DNA of 64,000 nt. Origin: a virus. Its lineage: Duplodnaviria > Heunggongvirae > Uroviricota > Caudoviricetes. Of this stretch, positions 9,204-17,531 are shown piece by piece; positions within the stretch are counted from its first letter, which is position 1; every line of letters begins with the position of its first letter. A model generated the notes under the pieces. That model saw nothing but the letters and a program-made list of their open reading frames with translations, ran no database searches and was not told where the DNA came from. Position numbers and translations under genes: made by a program. The DNA is taken from IMG/VR virus record IMGVR_UViG_3300035670_000017, positions 64,850 through 128,849 of that record; one strand, given 5' to 3'.

Positions 9204-9803
9204 ATGCTGTTTATCGAAGATGCATCCGTCACTGAATTCATGGCAAAACTGGAAGAGCGCACCAATTGCGCTCTTGATCCTGATCAGGTCGATGATCTGG
9301 TTCTGACGGTTTCTTGTATTCATCGGGATATTGAAGGCCATGCTCCGACTGTCCTGGAGTTCGTCTCTGTGGAAGAAGAAAACATCCGTCACGAAGCATC
9401 CATGACGTTTGATCAGATCACTGAGCTGATGGAGTACCTGGTTGTCAAAGCCAAGGAACACGGCATCATCATCAACCAGTATCCGATCTCGATCATCCAT
9501 CAGGCAATGCTCAATGCTTTCGAGCAAGAGCTGGATGTCCAGGAGATGCAAGAGCAGATGCTACAAAGCGTGTATGGTCGAACGATCATGCAAGGCATGG
9601 CGTCCCATCTGACGATCACCCTCAATCCGAAGGAGTTGAACATCGATTACAGCTTGATGGCTGAGATCTATGCGGATACTTCCTCCGAAGAGCGCGCGGT
9701 TGCTCAGGAATTGGGCATCACGCAATTCACTCCGTCTAACCCCAGCAAATTGGTCAAACTGATCAGTTTCTCTGCTGGATCTTTCCGCAACATCATGGAG
9801 TGA
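9204..9803 (+). CDS. hypothetical acidic protein (199 aa)
   Basis: AAAGGAAACAAATG RBS-start. GC-rich codon choice. Confidence 0.55.
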   Translation: MLFIEDASVTEFMAKLEERTNCALDPDQVDDLVLTVSCIHRDIEGHAPTVLEFVSVEEENIRHEASMTFDQITELMEYLVVKAKEHGIIINQYPISIIHQAMLNAFEQELDVQEMQEQMLQSVYGRTIMQGMASHLTITLNPKELNIDYSLMAEIYADTSSEERAVAQELGITQFTPSNPSKLVKLISFSAGSFRNIME

Positions 9804-9806
9804 GTT

Positions 9807-10091
9807 GTGTCTGTGATTGAAACACAATTGAATACAGGAGATATCTGTACTTGCAAACTCACTGCAAGTCGTGACAACACTAGAGATGTCTCCATCATCA
9901 TGACTCGCTCGAAAAGCGGGTCTCCCGATTCACCCGTGGTGTTTGGATGGGTGACACTAGCGCCAGGTGAGTCAGTCTTCATGGAAGTTGACCCTCATCA
10001 AGGTGACTTGATTCAAGCTCGCCTGCAAAGCGACGATATGGGAATAACTAAGTTCTCCCTTAGCGTCTTCTTCGGTAAAATGTACCAATAA
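9807..10091 (+). CDS. hypothetical protein (94 aa), paralog of 10109..10387
   Basis: Shares LAPGESVFMEVD with LNPGESVIFEID in the next ORF. Confidence 0.45.
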   Translation: MSVIETQLNTGDICTCKLTASRDNTRDVSIIMTRSKSGSPDSPVVFGWVTLAPGESVFMEVDPHQGDLIQARLQSDDMGITKFSLSVFFGKMYQ

Positions 10092-10108
10092 ACAAAAGGA
10101 AGTTATCA

Positions 10109-10387
10109 ATGCAGGAATATAAATTACCCGTACGGAGTGCAGTCTGGATGAAGATCACCGCGCTCGACGGACCGATTAATCAGACAGTTAACCTGGAGCT
10201 ATGGTTCGGGACAAAACCAGATACTCCTTCTGAGAAAATTAAATTTGCAGACCTCAGTCTCAATCCAGGAGAGAGTGTGATTTTTGAGATCGACACCTTT
10301 AGATACGGACCAAACATTTTCATCGACGAAGTCATCAGTGGAAATGGTTACCATATCAGCGACTCTATATTCAAAATGTCTAACTGA
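10109..10387 (+). CDS. hypothetical protein (92 aa), tandem paralog of 9807..10091
   Basis: AAAGGAAGTTATCAATG RBS-start. Paralogy noted above. Confidence 0.5.
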   Translation: MQEYKLPVRSAVWMKITALDGPINQTVNLELWFGTKPDTPSEKIKFADLSLNPGESVIFEIDTFRYGPNIFIDEVISGNGYHISDSIFKMSN

Positions 10388-10398
10388 AAGAAACTAAT

Positions 10399-11265
10399 AT
10401 GAAAAATCCTCAAATCGCAGCACTGCTCAAAACTATCGCCGACATCGAGGAACAAGGAGCGCGACCTTACATCGTGATTAAACTTGGTGAAGGTGTTCGT
10501 GCTTGGCCAGCAATTGACTTGCAGCAATTCCTCACCGGAGACGACCTCATTTTGAACGTCGGCTCTGAGGCAATTCAAAATGGCTTGATCACGGAACTGG
10601 AAGATGGATGGATCACATTTACATCTCGCTTCCGTGGCCTGCCGGTAGCTTTAACAATCCATATTTCAGCTATCAAGAGCGTTGGTAGTCCGGATCTTCC
10701 GGAGATCATTCAGCAATCGATGACGTCGATCCAGGACCAAGAGTTTCAGCGTCGTATGACCAATCATGAGTTGATCAAAGCGGCACTCAAACTCTACAAT
10801 GTCACCCCAACTTCGACAGTGGGTATTGAGGTGCAGACTGACATCGAAGATGATTTCATCGATTCTGAGATGTTCCTGTACTCTCATCCCGAAACAGGGG
10901 CTATCTGTTTTTGGGACGAAGAGAAGGGTGATCGAGAACTGACGTTTGATCAGGAGCGTCAGGTCTATATGCCTGGTGACTTCAATATTCTATCGGTGCT
11001 GATCCGTGACCATGAGACCAAGCATTTCTTGGCTATGTCTGATCCCCTTCAGTGCGTCGTCTTCGATCAGAAACTCATGGATGCTTTGAGTACACTCCAA
11101 GTGCCTGAGCAAAAAGCTCAACCGGAAGTCCCTAAGAATCCTGCTCAAGTTCTTCAGTTCCCAGGAAGAACAAAAGCTTCCGCGGATGAAACCGTTGCCA
11201 CTCCTTCCGCCGATACCGAACACACTAACAATGTGATCGATCTGGCTTCTCATCGCAAGAAATAA
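10399..11265 (+). CDS. hypothetical protein (288 aa)
   Basis: ORF followed by a terminator. Confidence 0.5.
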   Translation: MKNPQIAALLKTIADIEEQGARPYIVIKLGEGVRAWPAIDLQQFLTGDDLILNVGSEAIQNGLITELEDGWITFTSRFRGLPVALTIHISAIKSVGSPDLPEIIQQSMTSIQDQEFQRRMTNHELIKAALKLYNVTPTSTVGIEVQTDIEDDFIDSEMFLYSHPETGAICFWDEEKGDRELTFDQERQVYMPGDFNILSVLIRDHETKHFLAMSDPLQCVVFDQKLMDALSTLQVPEQKAQPEVPKNPAQVLQFPGRTKASADETVATPSADTEHTNNVIDLASHRKK

Positions 11266-11272
11266 CCATCTA

Positions 11273-11321
11273 CCATCTACGAGCCAAAAGCTCGTAGATG
11301 GCGGATAGTTTTATTTTTTCG
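11273..11321. terminator. terminator hairpin between convergent genes (ccatctacgagc caaaa gctcgtagatgg + T-run)
   Basis: 12-bp stem followed by ttttattttttcg on +. Sits between the + gene ending 11265 and the - gene ending 11322. Confidence 0.65.
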
Positions 11322-11984
11322 TCAAATTAGAACTCTTCGAATAGCTCTCACGTACCGCGTAGTTGTTTTACCGGTTCCGATTTGGTTACCTGAATTAAGA
11401 TTTTGAATCCATGTTTCACCAGCATCTTTCTGAGTCGACGTCCAGTAATAGTTTTGAATGAATGCTTGTGCACCACCAGTAACAAAGATAGTAGAAGACG
11501 TTATGGCTGGATTTGTGGTCGTATAAGCTGCACCGACTGGAATACTAGATGGATTAAAGCCATTGGCGCCGTTAGGATATCCCGCCGCACCTACAGTGTT
11601 GCTAGCTGTAGTGGGCTTAAGATTTCGATAGCAAATTTCTAGCTCATTGACGCTTGGTAAATACCAGTCGTTGTATCCGTCGATGATCAGAGATCGGCAA
11701 TATGCGGCGGCGCTATGGATATCGGCTCCTGCCTCAACCAGGGCCAATGTGTTACTCCAGCCATCATTTAAGCTTCCAGTATTAGGAGTATTTGTGTTAC
11801 TGGCCTTAAATCGAATAGTGCCTGCAGGCTCCCCTTGTGCTTTAGGAGATACAATCAATGCATAAGTCTTACCGTCGTACTGAATCTTTCCTGCGTAATA
11901 GCCGCCTTCAAAGGGAGTACCTGGTACCGAAGGCGTCACAGGAGTTCCTGGTGAACCTGAATTAATCATTAAATTTTCTAGCAT
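11322..11984 (-). CDS. tail-fibre-like protein with DUF1566/Lcl-type C-terminal domain (220 aa)
   Basis: GTPFEGGYYAGKIQYDGKTYALIVSPKAQGE, DWYLPSVNELEICYRNLKP and VRAIRRV are paralogous to the C-terminus of 48260..49833. Confidence 0.6.
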   Translation of the reverse strand: MLENLMINSGSPGTPVTPSVPGTPFEGGYYAGKIQYDGKTYALIVSPKAQGEPAGTIRFKASNTNTPNTGSLNDGWSNTLALVEAGADIHSAAAYCRSLIIDGYNDWYLPSVNELEICYRNLKPTTASNTVGAAGYPNGANGFNPSSIPVGAAYTTTNPAITSSTIFVTGGAQAFIQNYYWTSTQKDAGETWIQNLNSGNQIGTGKTTTRYVRAIRRVLI

Positions 11985-12108
11985 ATATTTTCCCCTATAA
12001 AAGTATTAACCATAGGATACTCTAGGCGTTTGTCCAATAATGACGATATCCCTATATCCCATAGTAGAGAACATGTCACTAGTATTAGAGGGATAGTTAT
12101 GTCTAATG

Positions 12109-14219
12109 ATTTCATTTGGCCAGAGGAAAAATACCAACAGCAGATCAATCCTGTCAAACAGTACATCGATCAAGCGAGTAAGTTTATCTCCGTTAACCGC
12201 GGGATAACTCTGGACAAAGCCAGAAACTTTATTGTTCAAAAGCTCAAGAACAAACAGACCAACTTCAAAGATCCTCAAATCACCTACTTCGAGCGAAACG
12301 ACAACTGGGTACGTGAACTCAAGCAAGGAACTTTGTCGGGATACTTGAAGTCGGCGATTGATAACAAGGAAGTTATCGTCCCTACGTTTACAACCTATGT
12401 CAGTCCGGATGTAGAGCAGTCCTTGATCTCGCTTTTCATGAAGCGAAACGCAGGTCGGCGTGGCGTTTTGAAGAAACAAGCGCAAGTTGAAGAGATGCGC
12501 GGCAATAAAGAGCTAGCTTACCAGCTCAATAACCAACAGGACAACGCCAAGCGCAATAATAACTCCATGTCTGGGGTGATGGCCGCTGCTGGTAGTATCT
12601 TCGAGAATCCTACAGGTCACAACACGTTGACCTCTATGACTCGTTCGATGTCTTCTATCAGTAACGCTCTCAATGAACGCATGATCGGTGGCAATCGCCA
12701 CTATCTGGACAGTGAAGCAGCCCTGAACAACATGACTGCTTTGATCAGCACTATGGATATCGAATTGGTTCATCAAGCTATGGTCAAGTACAACCTAGCT
12801 GAACCCACTCCCGATGACATCGTGCGTATTGTTTCTCGCAGTGCTGATAAATACTGGCGAGATCCTCGTCACGTCAAATACATCTGGGATTATGCATCCA
12901 AGATGACTGGTCTGGAACGTGCAGCTGTCGCTTATACCCAAGACTTGTACCATATTCGTGAACTCAATCCTCAGTTCATGCGTAACTTCATTGAAGACTT
13001 TGCGCTGTGGGATAGTTCCATTGAAATTGTAGACCCCATTGACTTCATCAATAAGATCGACCCACTGATTGCTAACTACGCGCACCAGGTTTTCATCACT
13101 GATCTGCGTGGGCAAGACAAAGACCGTCGCCGCTGGAAGCCTGAACTTCAGATGAAGGTAGCTCAAGCATGTGCAACTATCGAGCGAGCCATCAAGAAGT
13201 ACAAATGTCTTATTGATGCATTCCTGGTAGTCCGTACCCTACCTTGCACTACGGCCCACATCAACCACATGGCTCGTGAATCCGTGGTTCTCTCGGATAC
13301 AGACTCGACCATGTTCGCAGTAGATGACTGGGTGATCTGGTACTTCGGTGATCTACAGTTCTCTGACTTGGCTTTTGCCGTAGCAGGCTCGATCATGTTT
13401 GTGTCGACACAGTTGATTGCCCACGGCATGGCTTTGTTGTCAGCCAATATGAACGTAGCTCGTGATAAGCTATTCGTTCTGGCTATGAAGCCGGAGTTCG
13501 TGTTCCCTGTGTTCGCTCAGACCCCTGTGGCCAAGCACTACTTCTGTTCCGTGTCTGTGAAGGAAGGCGGCGTCTACAAGGAAAATGAATACGAAATCAA
13601 GGGCGTGCATTTGAAGAGTTCCGCGTCTCCTATCGAGATTGTGGGTGCTGCTCAAGATCGCATGCGATTCATCCTGGATGAGATTCAAGCAGGTCGCAAA
13701 CTTGACGGCTATGCTGAATACAAACGTGTTGCTGATCTGGAACGAAAGATTGAAGAATCTATTCGCAAGGGTGAATCTGTCTTCTTGAAGAAGATGTTCA
13801 TCAAGACAGCAGCAAGCTATGCCAAGGGACCTGAAGAATCTCCTTATCGCTACCATACTCTTTGGAACGAAGTCTTCGCTCCATCGTACAGCAGTTTGGA
13901 AGAGCCTCCGTACGTGGTGTTGAAGTTTCCTATGACCACGGAGTCTAAATCGAAGATGGCGGCATGGATTGCTTCCTTTGAAGACCGTGGACTGGCAGAC
14001 CGATACATTCGGTACCTGCAAAAAGTTCAAAAGACTGAAATCAAGACGATGTACATTGCTAAGGACTACGTGGAAGCTTATGGCATCCCTAAGGAAATCC
14101 TGCGAGCAGTGGACATCAAGCGCGTTATCTTGGACTTGACGGTGATCGACCGGATGGTTCTCGAAACAATCGGCCTCAAACCTAAACATGAAACTCTCGT
14201 TTCCGAGATGGGATATTGA
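12109..14219 (+). CDS. large conserved hypothetical protein (703 aa from ATG 12109; frame open from 12030)
   Basis: AGAGGGATAGTTATG RBS-start. Motifs KRNNNSMSG, VLSDTDST and AKHY are faintly polymerase-palm-like but no motif A was found. No Walker A. Confidence 0.55.
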
Positions 14220-14220
14220 T

Positions 14221-14652
14221 ATGGAAAACCAAACAACTGAAAAACAAGACCGAGTTGAGCTGGCTCGAAATTACATCATGTCCTCTATGGAGAAGATGTT
14301 CTTGGAAACAAAAACAACAGTGCTGGTGTATAACTCAATCGACGCACTACTTCGGTTGCGATTTCATGACCTGTATCGGAGCCAAGAAATTAATTGGCCT
14401 GAAAAATCTCGCGCAGAAGCACTTCAAACGACGCACGACGAATTTCGGGAAAAGGGCTTGGGTGTTTTATGGATCAGCGGTGAGATGACAATGACTACCA
14501 CTTATGATCTAGGTCTCATTGAATCCTCCGAAGGTATCTGTATGTTTCTATTAAAGACACCGAACACAACAGGTAGGAACGCGAGACTAGAAGACAAAGG
14601 CTCTGCTATTCATCAAGCCTGTATCGACATTGCTCCTGTGTTTACAGAATAA
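14221..14652 (+). CDS. hypothetical protein (143 aa from ATG 14221)
   Basis: ATG immediately after the upstream TGA. The track's 14188 start overlaps the previous gene. Confidence 0.45.
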   Translation: MENQTTEKQDRVELARNYIMSSMEKMFLETKTTVLVYNSIDALLRLRFHDLYRSQEINWPEKSRAEALQTTHDEFREKGLGVLWISGEMTMTTTYDLGLIESSEGICMFLLKTPNTTGRNARLEDKGSAIHQACIDIAPVFTE

Positions 14653-14658
14653 ACCACA

Positions 14659-14693
14659 TATACCCTATCCCGGATAAAACCGGGATAGGGTAT
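14659..14693. terminator. bidirectional terminator hairpin (ataccctatcccgg ataaaa ccgggatagggtat)
   Basis: 14-bp perfect stem between the convergent + gene (ends 14652) and - gene (ends 14699). Confidence 0.65.
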
Positions 14694-14698
14694 AGTGA

Positions 14699-15514
14699 TT
14701 ACAGTCCAATGGGAAGTTGAGCACGGATGAAACGGTTGTAGCGTTCGCTATCCATAAAGGCTGCTTTAGCCCATTTGGTTCGCAGGAATGTTCGATAGTT
14801 CTCTTCTGCGTCAGCGTATTCATCCACCGTGGATTTGAATGCACCAAGCTCACTACCTCCTTCGATGAAGGCTTTATCGATGCGTACTCGCAAAGTCCGA
14901 TAGATATAAGCTTTGACAGCAAAGGCACATAGAGTGGAGAAAGTCTCGAAGTACCGGGGGTTGATCTTACTCAGGTAGTTGTTGTCCGTCACGTAGCAGC
15001 TGATGCTGTATGACGTATTATAACGCTGAGCATCTTCAAGCAAAATAGTGTTCTCACCGATCAACTCCACACGAGCAGTAGCTACGTTTGGAATAGCTGA
15101 GGAAGCTTCAACCATTTGCTGAGCAGCAGTCATGGTGTCTTGTGTGAACATGGGACCCACACCACCGTAAGCGTAACCGAAAGAGCCTGCGCCGCCGGTG
15201 TAAGGCATGTACGAGACACTCAGTACAGACAAGATAGTCTTTCCTGGGATCTTCCATTCAGGAATCTCATAGATGCAGCGGTAGTCTTCGATGACCTTAG
15301 CTTGCACATCACCGAGCCAGATGCGCATATGCTCGCCTTTGGCGATGTTTGCGTCAGGAATGACACGAGGACGTATCACTTTAGTCAAGATGGCATCCTC
15401 CATGCTACCGGCACGGGAGGTGTAACTGTTGTGAGTGTTCATGAAAGTTTGTACGAGTACCTCATTGGGTATCTCATACAAGATGTCTTGTATAGCTTTG
15501 ACCAATACGTTCAT
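14699..15514 (-). CDS. hypothetical protein (271 aa), minus-strand island gene
   Basis: Long ORF with compositionally protein-like sequence. Flanked by bidirectional terminators. Confidence 0.5.
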   Translation of the reverse strand: MNVLVKAIQDILYEIPNEVLVQTFMNTHNSYTSRAGSMEDAILTKVIRPRVIPDANIAKGEHMRIWLGDVQAKVIEDYRCIYEIPEWKIPGKTILSVLSVSYMPYTGGAGSFGYAYGGVGPMFTQDTMTAAQQMVEASSAIPNVATARVELIGENTILLEDAQRYNTSYSISCYVTDNNYLSKINPRYFETFSTLCAFAVKAYIYRTLRVRIDKAFIEGGSELGAFKSTVDEYADAEENYRTFLRTKWAKAAFMDSERYNRFIRAQLPIGL

Positions 15515-15550
15515 AGATATGAATCCCTAATTGAAAGCGAGTTAAACAAT

Positions 15551-16090
15551 ATGACCAAGATGTTAAATACTGCAAATTACCCAGGGTGTTACGATCCAGT
15601 TAAGATCAAAGACTTCATGTGCAATATGTTCACGAGCCATTTGCCTCCACATGGACCGTATACTGAGACACTCCGAGATGTAGTCATAGGATCCATTCAG
15701 AATGATCTGGGGTACAACGACGAAAAGTCCGAAGCCGATAAGGAAATTGAAGAAAAAAGAAAGCGTCGTCGCAAGTTCTTTGATGAACTACCTGAAGCTT
15801 TTCGTAAAGTGTATCTAGACTACGATACCCTCGAATTGCAAGAAGATAAGAAGTTAGTGATTGCGATTTATTTCGAGATCCCTGATGAGAAGTCCAGTAA
15901 TATCAATGAAGCTGAAATGTTTTCAGTCATACAAGTACCGGACTGCTTGAATTTGGTACATGCCTTAGATAGGACTTATGCACTGAAGGTCGATGAGCTG
16001 CTGGAAAAAGATTTCACGATCAAGCAAACCGACTCTTTGGTCATGAACTGGGCTCCCTGGGTAGAAGTAGCTAAAGAAGTAGCGAATTAA
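15551..16090 (+). CDS. hypothetical protein (179 aa from ATG 15551)
   Basis: The upstream part of the track ORF 15116.. is the antisense of 14699..15514. The Lys/Glu-rich protein starts MTKMLNTANYPG. Confidence 0.45.
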   Translation: MTKMLNTANYPGCYDPVKIKDFMCNMFTSHLPPHGPYTETLRDVVIGSIQNDLGYNDEKSEADKEIEEKRKRRRKFFDELPEAFRKVYLDYDTLELQEDKKLVIAIYFEIPDEKSSNINEAEMFSVIQVPDCLNLVHALDRTYALKVDELLEKDFTIKQTDSLVMNWAPWVEVAKEVAN

Positions 16091-16093
16091 ACT

Positions 16094-16128
16094 CACACAC
16101 TCTAGCCCGTTTGGGCTAGAGTGTGTAG
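16094..16128. terminator. bidirectional terminator hairpin (ctcacacactctagccc gttt gggctagagtgtgtag)
   Basis: 16-bp stem between convergent genes. Confidence 0.65.
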
Positions 16129-16133
16129 TTCTA

Positions 16134-17198
16134 TTACAGCTTCAAATATTTAGACAAGGATATGTCGTAGAATGCAGCCATGTTGTCACTCATGTTTAGA
16201 TAAGGGACCTTAGCAGCTCTTACCTGACGAGCAAACACCTTGAGCTTCGTGATAAAGCCTTGATTAGCCCTACGCCCACCGGGACCACCGACATCCAACA
16301 AGAAGTTGATCACCTTCATCCGAGTAGCCAGCATTGCCCAATCTACTTGTGTAGTGGGGATGAAGTCCGGCAGCGTCAAAGCTTCCAAAGCACTAGAAGC
16401 GTAGACACAAGGAATGTTTTGCAGCATATCCTTATACTGCATCCGAGTATCAGAGATACGCTCTAGTACAAACCGAGCAATCTTTTCAAACTCAGCACTG
16501 TATGAAGGAAGGTAATAATTAGAGTTGACCCGAGACATGTATCGGTAGTCTCCATCATAGACAGCGATGAGTGCTGAGATCATCGTGATGTCCGCTTGAG
16601 ACTCTAATATAGAAGGAAGTACAAACGTAGCAACGAACTGATCTTCCCCCAGGACCATTGCTTTGAACTTAGGATCTTCTTTGAAGCCTTTATACATCAA
16701 AGCCATCAGAGGTATGTCCAGGTGTACAGCGGCTAGTCCGTCTTGGATTTGCAAGTTAGCATTCGGGACACTCATATCCAGATGGTCTTGATCCAACCAC
16801 ATGGCCTTGAGTGGCCTCAATGAACTCCAGTTACTAACAGCCTGATAAGGTCGAACATAATTGGTCGACGTATAAATCATGTTGTCAGTAAAAGAGTAGA
16901 CTTTGTGCTTCAAGAAGGAGCCAGGGTTAAACTCAGTAGTGAACTGAAAGTTCTTAGAGATATAAGGAGATCTAACTATGGCGTTGTTCTGAAGATCAAC
17001 GGCGTCATATGTATAGACCCCAGAGTGCTTGAGCGCTTGTACGAAAGGATGAGCCGAAGGAACACTACGGACATTACTGGCGTAGTACTCTTGCATCCGT
17101 GTGACGTTTTGTTTGATCTTGTTTCTGAAGTTATCTATGCCAGGAGCATTTGAGACAAGGGCTCTGGCTTGGTAAGTGTTGGTGAAAATGTCCAGCAT
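16134..17198 (-). CDS. hypothetical protein (354 aa), minus-strand island gene
   Basis: Long ORF divergent from the chimallin-like gene. No motif recognised. Confidence 0.55.
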   Translation of the reverse strand: MLDIFTNTYQARALVSNAPGIDNFRNKIKQNVTRMQEYYASNVRSVPSAHPFVQALKHSGVYTYDAVDLQNNAIVRSPYISKNFQFTTEFNPGSFLKHKVYSFTDNMIYTSTNYVRPYQAVSNWSSLRPLKAMWLDQDHLDMSVPNANLQIQDGLAAVHLDIPLMALMYKGFKEDPKFKAMVLGEDQFVATFVLPSILESQADITMISALIAVYDGDYRYMSRVNSNYYLPSYSAEFEKIARFVLERISDTRMQYKDMLQNIPCVYASSALEALTLPDFIPTTQVDWAMLATRMKVINFLLDVGGPGGRRANQGFITKLKVFARQVRAAKVPYLNMSDNMAAFYDISLSKYLKL

Positions 17199-17406
17199 AT
17201 CTTTGTACTAGTTATCGAAAGTGAAGGGAGTCTTATCAATGACCATACTATCGGTTTGAGTTGGTAGTAAATAAAAATAAGTTTTTGTATATACTGTGGA
17301 CAAAACCCTATGCAGCCTTCGGGCTGCGGGTGGGAGATGTTCGGGTATTTTACAAATAGGGAAATAAGGCGTAATAAAAAACCCCTTTCTAAAATATTTA
17401 GACCCT

Positions 17407-17424
17407 ATATACTCTACTTGAGGT
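17407..17424 (+). promoter_or_regulatory. motif copy 3 TATATACTCTACTTGAGG
   Basis: In the 330-bp divergent region, 108 bp upstream of ATG 17532. Confidence 0.55.
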
Positions 17425-17531
17425 AAAGCTGCTTCTTGTAGTAATCTCACAGACTCGTGCAATAAAATGCGGCGAGTAGATAACAACCCCCAACCCTTCA
17501 TCAACAAAGACTTTTTCGAAAAGGATACATC

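Noticed and set aside
12030-12108. Upstream extension of the 703-aa ORF (start at 12030)
   Set aside because: ATG 12109 has a good AGAGGGA RBS. The extension would overlap the divergent promoter region of the minus-strand fibre gene.
12006-14189. Minus-strand ORFs (12006..12485, 13470..14189 and others) inside 12109..14219
   Set aside because: They have no motifs, are antisense to a long continuous + ORF, and are read as spurious.
12109-14219. Terminase large subunit or portal assignment for the 703-aa protein
   Set aside because: There is no Walker A/B ATPase motif or nuclease motif, so I left it unassigned.
15116-15550. 5' part of the track ORF 15116..16090
   Set aside because: This part overlaps and is antisense to the minus-strand gene 14699..15514. 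The translated sequence is low-complexity. The real + gene more likely starts at ATG 15551.
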